Shown: positions 17,784 through 28,249 of the stretch, piece after piece
Numbering within the stretch: the stretch's first letter is position 1
How the letters are laid out: every line of letters starts with the position of its first letter
NCBI GenBank assembly: GCA_963828255.1
Contig: CAWHDZ010000017.1
Coordinates: 128,001 to 192,000 of the forward strand
Direction of reading: 5' to 3'
DNA from: an uncultured delta proteobacterium
Lineage (GTDB): Bacteria > Myxococcota > Myxococcia > Myxococcales > Anaeromyxobacteraceae
DNA length: 64,000 bases
The notes under the pieces: model-generated
What the model saw: only the letters and a program-made list of their open reading frames with translations
Told to the model about the DNA's origin: nothing
Databases searched by the model: none
Made by a program: the position numbers and the translations under genes

Positions 17784-20700
17784 CTACGCCGCCGCCGACC
17801 TGCTGCTCCCGGAAAGCCTCACCGACACCAGCTTCGACACCCCCGGCTCCTCCATCGTCACCCCGTACAGCGTGTCCACCGTCTCCATGGTCCGCTTGTT
17901 GTGGGTGATGAGGATGAACTGCGAGGCCTTCGCCATCTCCTTCACCAGCTCGTTGTACCGGCCGACGTTCGCATCGTCGAGCGGCGCGTCCACCTCGTCG
18001 AGCAGGCAGAACGGCGACGGCTTGATGAGGTAGATCGCGAAGATGAGGCTCACGGCCGTGAGCGCCTTCTCCCCGCCCGACAGCAGATTGATGTTCTGCA
18101 GCTTCTTCCCCGGTGGCTGGGCGAAGATCTCCACTCCCCCCTGCTGGTCGTCCCCGTCCTCGGTGAGCACGAGCCCGGCCCGCCCGCCGTTGAACAGCCG
18201 CGGGAAGACCTGCTGGAACTTCTCGTTCACCCGGTCGAAGGTCTCGCGGAACCGCTCGCGCGAGGCCCGGTTGATCTTCCCGATGGCCTTGTGCAGGTCG
18301 GAGAGGGACGACTCGAGGTCGCCCTTCTGCTCGGACAGGAAGGCGTGCCGCCGGGCCAGGTCGTCGTACTCCTCGATGGCGGTGAGGTTGATGGCTCCCA
18401 TCCGGTCGGCCTGCGACTTGAGATCATCCAGCCGCCGCCGCTCGGCCTCGCCGGGTGGGCGCTCGGCGTGGAAGCGGAGCAGCTCGTCCCGCAGCTCGGC
18501 CTGGCAGCGCTCGCGGATCTGCTCCTCGAGGTGGCTGAGCTCGAGCGCCTGCTCGCGCGCCGTGAGCGCGGCGTCGCCGGCAGCCTGGGTGATGGCCTCG
18601 GCCCGCTTGCGCAGCTCGCGGGCCTCCGCGTCGGCGGCGCGGGCCTTGGCGACGGCGTCCTGGTGGGCGGAGCGCTCGGCGAGCAGCACCTCCTGGACCC
18701 GGAGCAGCTCCTCCGCCAGCCGGGCGCCGTCTCCTCGGGCTCCCTCCATGCGGTCCCGGAGGTCGGAGGCGCGGGCATTGCCCTCGGAAAGGGCCCCGTA
18801 GAGCCGCTCGCGCCGCTCCTCGGCCGCGACCTGCGCCTCCTCGACGCGGCGGAGCGACTCGCCGATCCCGTCGCGCCGCTCCCGCTCGGAGGCCACCTTG
18901 ACCTTCACGGCCAGGACCTCGGCCTGCAACGACTCGGCGCGCCGGCTCAGGTCGTCGAGCCGCCCGGAAGCCTCGCGGGCCCGCTCCTCGTGGCGTGACC
19001 GGTCGGCCTCGGCCGTGGCGGCCCCGACCTGGTGCGACTCCTCCTCGCGGGAGAGCCCGGACAGCGCGTCCTCCATGGAGCCACGCTCGACCTCGAGCTG
19101 GGCGACGCGACCGGAGACCCGCTCGAGCTCCTCGCCGAGCCGGGCCAGGTCCTTCTCCTGGGTGAGGAGCGCCAGGTCCTTCTCCCGGTTGTCCCGGTCG
19201 ATGGTCTTGAGCGCCGACTCGAGCTGGAGGAGGCGCGACTGCAGCGCGCGGTGGCGCTCCTGGGCCATCGAGAAGTCGGCCTCGAAGGACCTCACCGTGT
19301 CGATGAGCTCCTGCACCTCGCGCCTTCGCTGCAGGGCGCCGTGCCCCTCGCCCTCGAGCGGGCCTCCCGTCACCACGCCGTGCGGGTCGAGGACCTCCCC
19401 GTCCAGGGTGACGAGCGTCCCCGCGCCGCCGCCCGACTGCCAGATCTCGAGCGCGCTCGAGAGGTCGCGGACGATGGCGGCGTCGCCGAGGAGGAAGCGG
19501 GCCAGCCGCTCGTAGGCCGGGTCGAACCGGACCACGTCGAGGCAGCCGGCGACGAAGCCGGGGTGGGAGCGGTCGGGGGTGGCTGCTGCAGCCTCGCCGT
19601 CCCGGAGGCGCAGGAGCGGGATGAGCGAGGCGCGCCCCTCGGCGGCGCTCTTCAGCCAGTCGATGGCCTCGACCCCCTGGCTGTGGCTCTCCACGATGAC
19701 GAACTGGAGCCGCTCGCCGAGCACCGCCTCCACGGCGTTCTCGTACTCGGCGGGGACGGTCATGACGTCGGCGACGAGCCCCATGACGCCGTTCTCGGCC
19801 CCCTCGGCTGCCCTGGCCCGGGTCATCAGGCTGCGCACCCCGCGGCCGTATCCCTCGTAGTTGCGCATCACCTCCTGCAGCGACTGCAGGCGGGCGCGCC
19901 GGTCGGAGAGCTCCTCGCGCAGGGTGATGAGCCGCGCCTCGTTCTGGATGAACTCGGAGCGGGTGCGGTCGAGCAGCCCTTCCTGCGCGCCGCGCTGCTC
20001 CTCGAGGTGGAGCTTCAGCTGCCGGGTCTTGCCCAGATTCTCCACGTGGGCCGAGCGGGAGCCGTCGAGCGACGTGCCGCGCGCGGCCAGCTCGTCGATC
20101 TCGGCGCGGAGGCGGGCCAGCCGGGCCTGGAGGTCGGCGCGCTGCCGCTCCACCTGCGCGAGCGCGCTGCGCCGGGCCGCGGCACGGCCGTGGGCCTCCC
20201 CGGCCTGGGACCGGGCCGTCTCGGCCTGGCCGGCCAGCCCGGCCTGCTCCGTCGCCACCTCGCGCAGGGCCGACTCCAGCTCCGCCAGGCGGGCCTCGTC
20301 GGTCCCCGAGAGGCTGGCCAGCTCGTCGCGCTGCCGCAGGAGCGCGTCCCGCTCGGCCGCGAGCGCGTCCGCCTGGACCTTGAGCCCCTCGACCTCGGAG
20401 GCCTGCCCACGGGAGCGCTCGGCGATCTGGTCGAGCTCGCGCCCGGCGGCCTCGGTGGAGACGGCCGAGACCCGCTCCTGGCTCTCCAGCTCGTGCTCCC
20501 GGTCGGAGAGCTGCTGCAGGGTGAGCTCGCGCTCGGCCAGCAGCGTCCGGTCGGCCTCCAGGGCCAGGTCGATCTGGGCCAGACGCGCCGAGATCTCCGC
20601 CTCGTCGCCGCGGGCCGCCGCGTGGCGCTCCTCGGCCTCCCGGCGCCCCACCGTCAGCTCCAGCCAGCGGGTGGCGCCCACGTGCAGCTCGAGCTCGCGG

Positions 20701-21377
20701 ATCTCCGCCTTCAGCGCCCGGTACTTCTCGGCCTTGCGGGCCTGCCGGTTGAGCGAGTCGAGCTGCTTGCCCAGCTCGGAGACGATGTCGGTGACCCGCT
20801 CCAGGTTGTGGCGGGTGGCCTCCATCTTCCGCTCGGCGGCCTCGCGCCGCCGCTGGTACTTGGTGATCCCGGCCGCCTCCTCGATCACGCCGCGCCGGTC
20901 CTGGGCGCGGGCCGAGACGATCTGGCCGATGCGCCCCTGCTCGATGATCGAGTAGGCGGTGCGGCCGACGCCGGAGCCGAAGAAGATGTCGTTCACGTCG
21001 AGCAGGCGCGCCGGGGCCCGGTTGACGAGGTAGTCGGACTCGCCGGTGCGGTACAGCCTGCGGCCCACGGTGATCTCGGAGAGGGCGCGGAAGGCCGGAG
21101 GGAGCTCGGCCGGGCGGTCGTTCTCGAAGGTGAGGGTGACCTCGGCGAAGGAGAGCGGGGGCTTCGACTCCGACCCGTTGAAGATCACGTCCTCCATGGA
21201 GCGGCCGCGGAGGCGCAGCGCCGACTGCTCGCCGAGGACCCAGCGGATGGCGTCGGCGACGTTGGACTTGCCGCAGCCGTTCGGCCCGACGACGCCGGTC
21301 ACGCCTTCGTCGAAGACGACGACCGTCCGGTCCATGAACGACTTGAAGCCCACCATCTCCAGACGACGGATCCGCAT
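17784..21377 (-). CDS. smc: Chromosome segregation protein SMC
   Basis: 'GFKSF', 'GPNGCGKSN', hinge, 'LSGGEKALTA', 'LLDEVDAPLD'; true start MRIRRL at 21377. Confidence 0.96.
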   Translation of the reverse strand: MRIRRLEMVGFKSFMDRTVVVFDEGVTGVVGPNGCGKSNVADAIRWVLGEQSALRLRGRSMEDVIFNGSESKPPLSFAEVTLTFENDRPAELPPAFRALSEITVGRRLYRTGESDYLVNRAPARLLDVNDIFFGSGVGRTAYSIIEQGRIGQIVSARAQDRRGVIEEAAGITKYQRRREAAERKMEATRHNLERVTDIVSELGKQLDSLNRQARKAEKYRALKAEIRELELHVGATRWLELTVGRREAEERHAAARGDEAEISARLAQIDLALEADRTLLAERELTLQQLSDREHELESQERVSAVSTEAAGRELDQIAERSRGQASEVEGLKVQADALAAERDALLRQRDELASLSGTDEARLAELESALREVATEQAGLAGQAETARSQAGEAHGRAAARRSALAQVERQRADLQARLARLRAEIDELAARGTSLDGSRSAHVENLGKTRQLKLHLEEQRGAQEGLLDRTRSEFIQNEARLITLREELSDRRARLQSLQEVMRNYEGYGRGVRSLMTRARAAEGAENGVMGLVADVMTVPAEYENAVEAVLGERLQFVIVESHSQGVEAIDWLKSAAEGRASLIPLLRLRDGEAAAATPDRSHPGFVAGCLDVVRFDPAYERLARFLLGDAAIVRDLSSALEIWQSGGGAGTLVTLDGEVLDPHGVVTGGPLEGEGHGALQRRREVQELIDTVRSFEADFSMAQERHRALQSRLLQLESALKTIDRDNREKDLALLTQEKDLARLGEELERVSGRVAQLEVERGSMEDALSGLSREEESHQVGAATAEADRSRHEERAREASGRLDDLSRRAESLQAEVLAVKVKVASERERRDGIGESLRRVEEAQVAAEERRERLYGALSEGNARASDLRDRMEGARGDGARLAEELLRVQEVLLAERSAHQDAVAKARAADAEARELRKRAEAITQAAGDAALTAREQALELSHLEEQIRERCQAELRDELLRFHAERPPGEAERRRLDDLKSQADRMGAINLTAIEEYDDLARRHAFLSEQKGDLESSLSDLHKAIGKINRASRERFRETFDRVNEKFQQVFPRLFNGGRAGLVLTEDGDDQQGGVEIFAQPPGKKLQNINLLSGGEKALTAVSLIFAIYLIKPSPFCLLDEVDAPLDDANVGRYNELVKEMAKASQFILITHNKRTMETVDTLYGVTMEEPGVSKLVSVRLSGSSRSAAA

Positions 21378-21433
21378 CTGGCCGGGATAGCACGCCCCCA
21401 GGGACCTTTCAATACGTGACACTACATGCAGGG

Positions 21434-22381
21434 TCAGTAGGCGGCGGGGCGCGCCATGGGCTTCCCGATCGTCCCGTAGATCTGGAATCCATAGCCGCCG
21501 TCCTTCCCCTTGGCGGACGCCAGCCCGGCCTCGACGAGAGGCTTCAGCGGGGCGGCCTGCTCGTTCCGCCAGAAGCTCTCGGTGGGGCGAAGCCGGGCCC
21601 GGCCGGAGATCGCCGAGTGCTCGAAGCGCGGCTGGAGCTGGACGAACACCTGCTCGGCGGAGAAGTCGACGTCGTCCCCCTTCGACTCGAGCGTCCCGAA
21701 CTCGGCCCGCCCGCCCTTCACCGTGCCCCGCGCCGCCATGGAGCCGAGCTTCACCGGCGGTGCGGTGAGCCCCCCGTCCATGCCCGGCACCGGGATCTTT
21801 CCTCCCCGGATGGCCCCGTCCTTCACCTGGAAGTCGATGTCGCCGGTGCTCTTCGAGGGGTCCTTCGGGTCGAGGGTCACGTCGAGGCTGCCGGAGAGGA
21901 TCCCGGCCAGGTCGAGACCGGTGGCGGCCCGGATCACGCCGGCCCGCGAGAGGTCGATGCCGGTGACCCGGGCCTGGTAGCGCTCGGCCGTCTTGCTCAC
22001 CTCGGTGAAGCCGACCACGCGCCCGTCGAAGATGGAGGCGTCGAAGGAGAAGGAGCGGCGCCCCAGCATCGTCGGCCAGAGGCGCAGCCCCACGCTCAGC
22101 TGGTCGAACGGGATGCGGGTCCCGTCGGCGGTGGTCACGGTGACCTCGCGCGCCCGGACTCCCACCAGGCCGGATGGCGAGAGGTCGTTCACCTTCACCT
22201 GGTAGCCCCTGGCGGCCGCGTCCAGGATGAACCGCTCCCGCACCGCCTCGACGGGGAAGGTGAAGCGCAGCGCCAGCACGAAGGCGAACGCGAAGAAGGC
22301 CGAGTAGGCCGCCGTCCGCCGCCACCCGGTGAGCTTCCACTTCCGGGGATCGACGTTCCAGGTACGCGGGTCGAGATTCAC
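21434..22381 (-). CDS. gspN: Type II secretion protein GspN
   Basis: N-terminal TM then 'TFP', beta-rich; last gene of the gsp operon. Confidence 0.75.
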   Translation of the reverse strand: MNLDPRTWNVDPRKWKLTGWRRTAAYSAFFAFAFVLALRFTFPVEAVRERFILDAAARGYQVKVNDLSPSGLVGVRAREVTVTTADGTRIPFDQLSVGLRLWPTMLGRRSFSFDASIFDGRVVGFTEVSKTAERYQARVTGIDLSRAGVIRAATGLDLAGILSGSLDVTLDPKDPSKSTGDIDFQVKDGAIRGGKIPVPGMDGGLTAPPVKLGSMAARGTVKGGRAEFGTLESKGDDVDFSAEQVFVQLQPRFEHSAISGRARLRPTESFWRNEQAAPLKPLVEAGLASAKGKDGGYGFQIYGTIGKPMARPAAY

Positions 22382-22390
22382 GTCGTCCTC

Positions 22391-22945
22391 CTAGGTCTTC
22401 AGCTGCCAGGTCGAGACTTGAAGGGTGACGTCCACGAGCTTGGGGTCGTCGTTCCGGGTGGCGACCCGGATCTTCCGGACCCTGACCACGCCGGGGCCGC
22501 GCTCCAGCGTGTCGATGAGCCTGGCCAGGCGGGGGAGGTCGATGCGCGCCAGGTTCACCTCCACGTTCTCCTCGGTCAGGCCGTCGGTGGTGCTGGGCGT
22601 CCCGGGGCGGAGGTCGTTCACCTCCACGCCGCTCTGGGCCCCGGTCTGCGACACGAAGCTCATGAGCTGGACCGGCGGTCCCTTGAGCCGGGCCTCCAGC
22701 GACTGCCGCTCGGCCTGGGCCTGCCGGTAGCCGCGGGTGAGCTTTCCGATCTGGGCCAGCATCTCGGTCTTCGACTCGATGCGCTTCTCGCGTGCGGTGA
22801 TGGATCGGGAGACGCCGGTGGTGACCAGGAAGAGGACGAAGAGGGCCACGGCGGCCGCCGCCGCCGACACCAGCACCCGCTCGCGCGGGGAGAGGCGGGC
22901 CAGGAAGGCTTCCAGGCTGGCCCGGAGCCGGTTCAGGGTTTCCAT
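22391..22945 (-). CDS. gspM: Type II secretion protein GspM
   Basis: 'LSPRERVLV' + TM; position after gspL. Confidence 0.78.
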   Translation of the reverse strand: METLNRLRASLEAFLARLSPRERVLVSAAAAAVALFVLFLVTTGVSRSITAREKRIESKTEMLAQIGKLTRGYRQAQAERQSLEARLKGPPVQLMSFVSQTGAQSGVEVNDLRPGTPSTTDGLTEENVEVNLARIDLPRLARLIDTLERGPGVVRVRKIRVATRNDDPKLVDVTLQVSTWQLKT

Positions 22946-22947
22946 GA

Positions 22948-24525
22948 TCAGCCCTTCCCACCGGGCGCCGGGGCGCCCTCGCAGGTGATGTCGGCGTCCA
23001 CCGTGAACTCGAACTTCTGCTCGGTGCCCCGCTTGCGCGCCCCGCCCGATCGGGCGTCGCCGAAGCAGCGGGACCCGCGCAGGGCGGCCACGATCTTGTC
23101 CACGTTCTCGGCGACGTCGGTGGTCCCCTGGAGGTGCAGCTTCTCCCGGGTGATCTCGATCCGGTCGAAGCGGAGCTGGACCTCGGGCGAGCGGGCCGCC
23201 AGCTCGGCCAGCACGCCGGCCGCCGAGATCCGGGGGATGGACGCGCCCACCGTTCCCCGGCCGCGCAGGACCGACTCCGCCATGGCGAAGTCGTCGAAGC
23301 ACTTGCCCACCACCTTCTGGGTCACCTCGCACATCGACCTGTCGAGGAGCTTCTCCTGCCGGTTGAGCGCCACCACCTTGACCACCGAGGAGACCACGGC
23401 GAGGAGGAGGACCAGCGACGTGTAGACCGCCACCCGCTGCAGCCGGTCGCGGACGTCCTGGGTGGAGCGGGTGCTGGCCAGGTCGCCCCGGCGCAGGTTG
23501 AGCCTCTGGAACCGCGGCCCCAGCCAGCCACGCAGCGCCAGCGCGAGCGGGAGCGCGAAGCGGGGCGCGTCCTCGGCCGGGATGGCGTCGGCGGCCGTCC
23601 CGGCGAGGCGCAGCGGCTCGGTGGGGATCCCCAGCTCCTCGCCCACCACGGAGGCGAGTCCAGGCCAGGTGGCGGCGCCGCCGGCGAGGCGCACGCGGAC
23701 CACCGGCCGGCGCGACGGGCGGGCCTCGAAGGCGTGCAGGGTGGCCCTGAGCTCGCGGACCAGCGGACCGAGCGCGCCCCGCAGCACCGCTTCCCCTTCC
23801 GGCCCGGCCAGCCAGGCCGGGAGCCCGTCGTCGAGCACCACCTCGTCGGGGTTCCGGCCGGAGGAGCGGGCGGCGGCGCGCAGCAGCGTCGAGCCGCCCG
23901 ACGCGAAGGTTCGCGCGAAGAGGCAGCGCCCCTCCGACACGACGCAGGCGTGGGTCCGGTCGGCTCCCACGTCCACCGCGAGCTCGGCCTCGCCGGCCGC
24001 GGCCGGGTCGGCCACGGCGCCTGCCGCCCAGAGGGCCGCCAGGACGGGTCCTCCGGGGGTCACCACCGCCGGGTCCATGCCCACGCGGGCCAGGTCGGCG
24101 ATGCAGGCCGTGAGCTCCCCCCGGCGGACCACGCCGACGAAGAGGTCGGAGTGGTCGGGCTGGGACTCCAGCACCTGCCAGTCCCAGGCGACCTGGTCGA
24201 GGTCGAAGGGGATGGCGGCCTCCACCTCGTAGAGCACGGTCTGCTCGATGCGGCGGGAGTCGGTGAAGGGGAGGGTGACGAGGTGGGAGGCGGCCGCGCC
24301 CGGCAGGGAGGCCACCGCGGCGACGTCCGGAGGCCAGCCGCGCTCCGCCAGCAAGGCGGCCACGGCGCCGGACATGCGCTCCCCTCCCGGCGGGCCGCCC
24401 TCCTCCGCGGGTGGGATGGGCGTCTCCGCCCTCCCGTTCACGGTGAAGCCGCGCAGCGTGGTCTCGAGCAGCACCGCCTTGACGCGCCGCGATCCGAGGT
24501 CGAGTCCGAGAATGGGATGGGACAT
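22948..24525 (-). CDS. gspL: Type II secretion protein GspL (PilM/PilN-like)
   Basis: 'LGLDLGS' actin-like N-terminus, 'LNLRRG' + TM + PilN-like domain. Confidence 0.8.
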   Translation of the reverse strand: MSHPILGLDLGSRRVKAVLLETTLRGFTVNGRAETPIPPAEEGGPPGGERMSGAVAALLAERGWPPDVAAVASLPGAAASHLVTLPFTDSRRIEQTVLYEVEAAIPFDLDQVAWDWQVLESQPDHSDLFVGVVRRGELTACIADLARVGMDPAVVTPGGPVLAALWAAGAVADPAAAGEAELAVDVGADRTHACVVSEGRCLFARTFASGGSTLLRAAARSSGRNPDEVVLDDGLPAWLAGPEGEAVLRGALGPLVRELRATLHAFEARPSRRPVVRVRLAGGAATWPGLASVVGEELGIPTEPLRLAGTAADAIPAEDAPRFALPLALALRGWLGPRFQRLNLRRGDLASTRSTQDVRDRLQRVAVYTSLVLLLAVVSSVVKVVALNRQEKLLDRSMCEVTQKVVGKCFDDFAMAESVLRGRGTVGASIPRISAAGVLAELAARSPEVQLRFDRIEITREKLHLQGTTDVAENVDKIVAALRGSRCFGDARSGGARKRGTEQKFEFTVDADITCEGAPAPGGKG

Positions 24526-24527
24526 GG

Positions 24528-25778
24528 TCAGTCCTCGCGCCAGTGGATGAGCCGCCCCAGGTCCGACTGGAGCTGCCCGGCGCGGTCGTCCATCGTGACC
24601 ACCGCGTCGATGGTCCTCTCCACTCCGCCGGCGCGGCCGGTGGCGCGGATGAGGAATGTGTTCGAGGTGTTGCCGAAGGGGCTGCGGGTGTCGGTGTTCT
24701 GCGCCTGGACGTAGACGGGCTGGAGCTTCAGGCCCAGGGCCTGGAGGACGGTGGCGAACTGCTGGACGGTGATGGTCATGAAGGGGAGCGGCCGGACCAG
24801 GCGCAGCGCCAGGGAGAGCTTCTGGGCGAAGGCGGGGTCGAGGAGCGGGGGCTGGGGCACGCCCGGGGGCGACGACATGAGCAGCGCGTTCACCAGGATC
24901 TGCTCCGGGTCGGTGGTGTTGACGTTGATGGTGGCGTTGACGTCCGGGTACACCGTCAGCTGATCCCCGAACGCGCCCATGAAGGCGTCGCCGATACCGG
25001 CCACCATGTGGAGCTCGTCGAGCGAGTCGAAGCGTGCGTTCTTGGCCCGGTAGCGATCCTCCCCGCGGTCGTAGTACTGGTTCTCGTCGCCGAAGCCCTT
25101 CTCGAAGGGGGCCAGCGGGTTGAGCCCCACGGTGCTGGTGGTGGCGTCCTCGTCGGCCCAGTCCCGGAGCGCCACGGCCACGTCCCTCCGGGAGAGCCGG
25201 TTGCCCAGGTCGTCCTCCTTGTCGAAGAGCACGTCGTAGCCCGGGTCGCGCAGGGCCAGCAGCAGGCGCTGCAGCTGGGGTCCGGCCACCGTGGAGAGGC
25301 CGGCCAGCTGCGCCACGTTCACCTTTCGCTCCTCGTCCTCGATGGTGGCCTGGAAGCCCTCGTCGGCCTTGCCCCGGGCGGTGGACGTCGGGCCGGTCCC
25401 GAGCAGGAGGGCCATGGTCGTGTCGTCCACGGGGATGGCGTCCCAGAGCCGGAAGGAGAAGGAGCCCTGGCTGGCCGCCGCCGGGAGCGCCCCGGCGCCG
25501 CCCTGGGCGGCCTGCACCCCGGCCATGACCTGCCCCGCCGCGCCACCGGCCTGGTCGAGCCGCTGCTGGAAGTGGAGCACCAGCCGGGAGAGGGCCACCG
25601 CCGCCCGGGCCTGGTGCGAGGCGCGCAGCTCGTCGCGGGCGTTGGCGGCGATCTGGAGCGACACGCGGGTGTCGTAGGCCAGCTCCGTCGCCATCACGGT
25701 GACGACGGCCACCACCATGAGGACCAGGAGGAGGGCGGCTCCGCGCTCGCGGCGCGCTCTGTGGGCGGGGGCGGTCAT
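24528..25778 (-). CDS. gspK: Minor pseudopilin GspK
   Basis: 'RGAALLLVL', 'IEDEERKVNV', 'FDSLDEL', 'INVNT'. Confidence 0.88.
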   Translation of the reverse strand: MTAPAHRARRERGAALLLVLMVVAVVTVMATELAYDTRVSLQIAANARDELRASHQARAAVALSRLVLHFQQRLDQAGGAAGQVMAGVQAAQGGAGALPAAASQGSFSFRLWDAIPVDDTTMALLLGTGPTSTARGKADEGFQATIEDEERKVNVAQLAGLSTVAGPQLQRLLLALRDPGYDVLFDKEDDLGNRLSRRDVAVALRDWADEDATTSTVGLNPLAPFEKGFGDENQYYDRGEDRYRAKNARFDSLDELHMVAGIGDAFMGAFGDQLTVYPDVNATINVNTTDPEQILVNALLMSSPPGVPQPPLLDPAFAQKLSLALRLVRPLPFMTITVQQFATVLQALGLKLQPVYVQAQNTDTRSPFGNTSNTFLIRATGRAGGVERTIDAVVTMDDRAGQLQSDLGRLIHWRED

Positions 25779-25779
25779 C

Positions 25780-26445
25780 CTAGAAGTCCATGGGGCGGAT
25801 GATGGCGATGCGGGCCTGGGTCTCGAAGGTCCGGTTCTTCCCGTCCGGCATCTTCAGGGTGAGCTTCATCTTGACACGGGGAGGCAGGAGCGGCCGGTCC
25901 CCCGGTGCGGTGGACCAGTCCCGGACCCACTCCTGCTTCGGCCAGTCCCAGTACTCCACGTCGAAGCCCACGACGTGGTGGAGCAGGAGCGACTTCACGC
26001 CCCCCCGGTCGGGCTCGTCGTCGATGCGCAGCTTCTCGCGCCGGAAGAGCGCCTGCCCGCCAGGCACGTCCGGGTCGGAGTCCATGGAGTACTCCACCAC
26101 CGACTGGTCCGACTCCCGTGCGTCCCGGATGGCGCGGGTGTGCGCCATGGTCGCGAAGAGGAGGGTGTCGCGGTCGCCGCCGTCGCGCCCCTTGAACACC
26201 GTGGGCCGGTCGCGGAAACGCTGCCGGTCGAAGTGCTCGGAGAGGAAGGCGGAGGAGATGTCGCGCGCCATGCGCCCGAGCGCGGCACGGGCGCCGCCGA
26301 TGCGCTCGTCCTGCTCCTCCACCGACTGCCGGGCGGCCGCGGAGCGGGAGAAGGCGCCCAGCGCCATGGCGCCGATCACGGCCGTGATGCCCATGGCGAT
26401 GAGCACCTCGATCAGGGTGAAGCCCCGCTGGCGGCGGGCGCTCAC
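25780..26445 (-). CDS. gspJ: Minor pseudopilin GspJ
   Basis: GFTLIEVLIA prepilin motif; operon position. Confidence 0.82.
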   Translation of the reverse strand: MSARRQRGFTLIEVLIAMGITAVIGAMALGAFSRSAAARQSVEEQDERIGGARAALGRMARDISSAFLSEHFDRQRFRDRPTVFKGRDGGDRDTLLFATMAHTRAIRDARESDQSVVEYSMDSDPDVPGGQALFRREKLRIDDEPDRGGVKSLLLHHVVGFDVEYWDWPKQEWVRDWSTAPGDRPLLPPRVKMKLTLKMPDGKNRTFETQARIAIIRPMDF

Positions 26446-27191
26446 CGCGACACCCCGCCGATGGTCCGCGGCCCCGGCGCGACGGGCTGGCGCACGCCCG
26501 GGTTGGCGACGCCGGGCAGCCGGGTGTTCTGCGCCGGGCTGGCCAGGTTGGGCGGAATGTCCGGGTCCGGGCCTCGGGCCCCGCCGGCGGCCTTGGGGTG
26601 CAGGACCACCCAGAAGGTGGAGAGTTCGAAGCCGTTCTCGGTCTTCCCGTCCTTCCAGCTCACCCGCAGCGACACCCTGCGGACCCCGTTCTTGATCTCC
26701 TCGGTGAAGGCCTTGATCTGCCCCTGCAGGACCCCGCCCAGCAGGCCGCCCGGCGTGCCCGCCGACGGCCCTCCCTTGGAACCGCCACCGCCACCGCCCT
26801 CGCCGCCCAGGAGCTTGCCGAGCATCTCCTGGGTGCCCACGTCTCCGTCGCCCCCGCCCAGGAACGCGCCCAGGATCTTCTCGGGGGTGAGGTCGGAGGC
26901 GGGCTTCTTCAATTCGAGCTTCCAGCGCATGCCGGGCTCACCCTGGTCCGAGAAGCTGCCCTCCTCGGACTGGTCGAAGTCGGTGAAGCCGGCGTCCTCG
27001 TACTTCTCCTCCATCTCGGCCATCTTGCCGCGGGCGAGCAGGGTGGCCACGGAGAGGTCGCGCGCGTAGCCGAAGTTCCGCAGCGCGTTGCCCGAGAGGT
27101 CGGCCACCGCCATGAGCGAGCCGGCCAGCACGACGAGCGCCACCATGACCTCGAGCAGCGTGAAGCCACGCCCCTGCACGACGCGCCTCAC
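26442..27191 (-). CDS. gspI: Minor pseudopilin GspI
   Basis: GFTLLEVMVAL motif; GTGA overlaps on both sides. Confidence 0.8.
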   Translation of the reverse strand: MRRVVQGRGFTLLEVMVALVVLAGSLMAVADLSGNALRNFGYARDLSVATLLARGKMAEMEEKYEDAGFTDFDQSEEGSFSDQGEPGMRWKLELKKPASDLTPEKILGAFLGGGDGDVGTQEMLGKLLGGEGGGGGGSKGGPSAGTPGGLLGGVLQGQIKAFTEEIKNGVRRVSLRVSWKDGKTENGFELSTFWVVLHPKAAGGARGPDPDIPPNLASPAQNTRLPGVANPGVRQPVAPGPRTIGGVSR

Positions 27192-27823
27192 CGCGGCACC
27201 TCGGGGATGCCCGGCACCACCCGGGCGCGGCCGGTGAGCGGCTGGGTCACCACGGTGTAGACGTTGCCGCCGTCGGACACCGGGATCTGGGCGCGGTCGG
27301 CCTGGCCCTGCGGGTAGAAGTAGACGTAGGCCTTTCCCTTGGTCTGGGGGTCGCGGTTGCGGGGCGTCCAGACCTTCTCGAACGCGGTGCTCCCCTTGAG
27401 CTTCCGCTTCTGGACCTGCCGGTCCTTGAACTCGGCGAACCGGGCGCGGGCCAGGAACTTCCGCTTCTCGGGGTCGACCTCGTCGGAGAAGCCGCGGGCC
27501 AGCTCCTTCTCGTCGTCCTCGGCGACGCCGTCCTTGCCCATGACCGGCTGGCCCCGCCGCCCGGGCGAGGCCGTGGTGCACTCGGCCCACCACTCCCGGG
27601 CGTCCATGTCGAGGACCATCCGGCAGGTCTGGTGGCGCAGCGCCGCCGTGTCGAAGAGGTAGCGGAAGGCGCCGGCGATCTCGCTGGCTGCGGCGCGGGC
27701 GTTGGCCCCGGTGAGCGAGCTCACGGCGGGCCCGGCGGCCAGCGCCATGACGCCGATCACGGCCACCACGATGAGGACCTCGATGAGGGTGAACCCCCTC
27801 GGCTGGCGCGCCTCGCCGCTCAT
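27188..27823 (-). CDS. gspH: Minor pseudopilin GspH
   Basis: GFTLIEVLIV motif; 'YFYPQG', 'PLTGR'. Confidence 0.8.
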   Translation of the reverse strand: MSGEARQPRGFTLIEVLIVVAVIGVMALAAGPAVSSLTGANARAAASEIAGAFRYLFDTAALRHQTCRMVLDMDAREWWAECTTASPGRRGQPVMGKDGVAEDDEKELARGFSDEVDPEKRKFLARARFAEFKDRQVQKRKLKGSTAFEKVWTPRNRDPQTKGKAYVYFYPQGQADRAQIPVSDGGNVYTVVTQPLTGRARVVPGIPEVPR

Positions 27824-27842
27824 CGTCTCCGGGATCCACGCC

Positions 27843-28247
27843 TCAGGGGTTGACGATGTCGGCGTTGGTGCCGTCGCCGCCGGCCTGCGCGTCGCCGCCG
27901 TAGGACTTGATGTCGAAGGACTCGGGGTGGACCTGCCCGGGGAAGAGGTACACGTAAGGATTGCCCCAGGGATCCTTGAGCTGGGGCTTGCACTTCCCGG
28001 CCGTCACCACCGCCTGGAGCCCCTCCTCGGTGTTGGGGTAGCGCCCCTTGTCGATCTTGTAGAGATCGAGGCAGTTCTCCAGCGTGTGCAGGTCGGTCTT
28101 GGCCTGCTTGACCTTGGCCTCGTCGAGCTGGCCCACCACGTTCACCGCCACCGCGGCCGCGATGATCCCGAGGATGGTGATGACCACCAGGATCTCGATG
28201 AGGGTCATGCCGCGCGACGCGGCGCGGGCGCTTCGGGGAGCTCTCAC
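27843..28247 (-). CDS. gspG: Major pseudopilin GspG
   Basis: GMTLIEIL, 'YPNTEEGL', 'DPWGNPYVY', 'SYGGD...NADI'. Confidence 0.93.
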   Translation of the reverse strand: MRAPRSARAASRGMTLIEILVVITILGIIAAAVAVNVVGQLDEAKVKQAKTDLHTLENCLDLYKIDKGRYPNTEEGLQAVVTAGKCKPQLKDPWGNPYVYLFPGQVHPESFDIKSYGGDAQAGGDGTNADIVNP

Positions 28248-28249
28248 GT

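Noticed and set aside
21378..22961. N-terminal extension making SMC 1725 aa
   Set aside because: Overlaps gspM/gspN in another frame; SMC homology starts at MRIRRL (21377).
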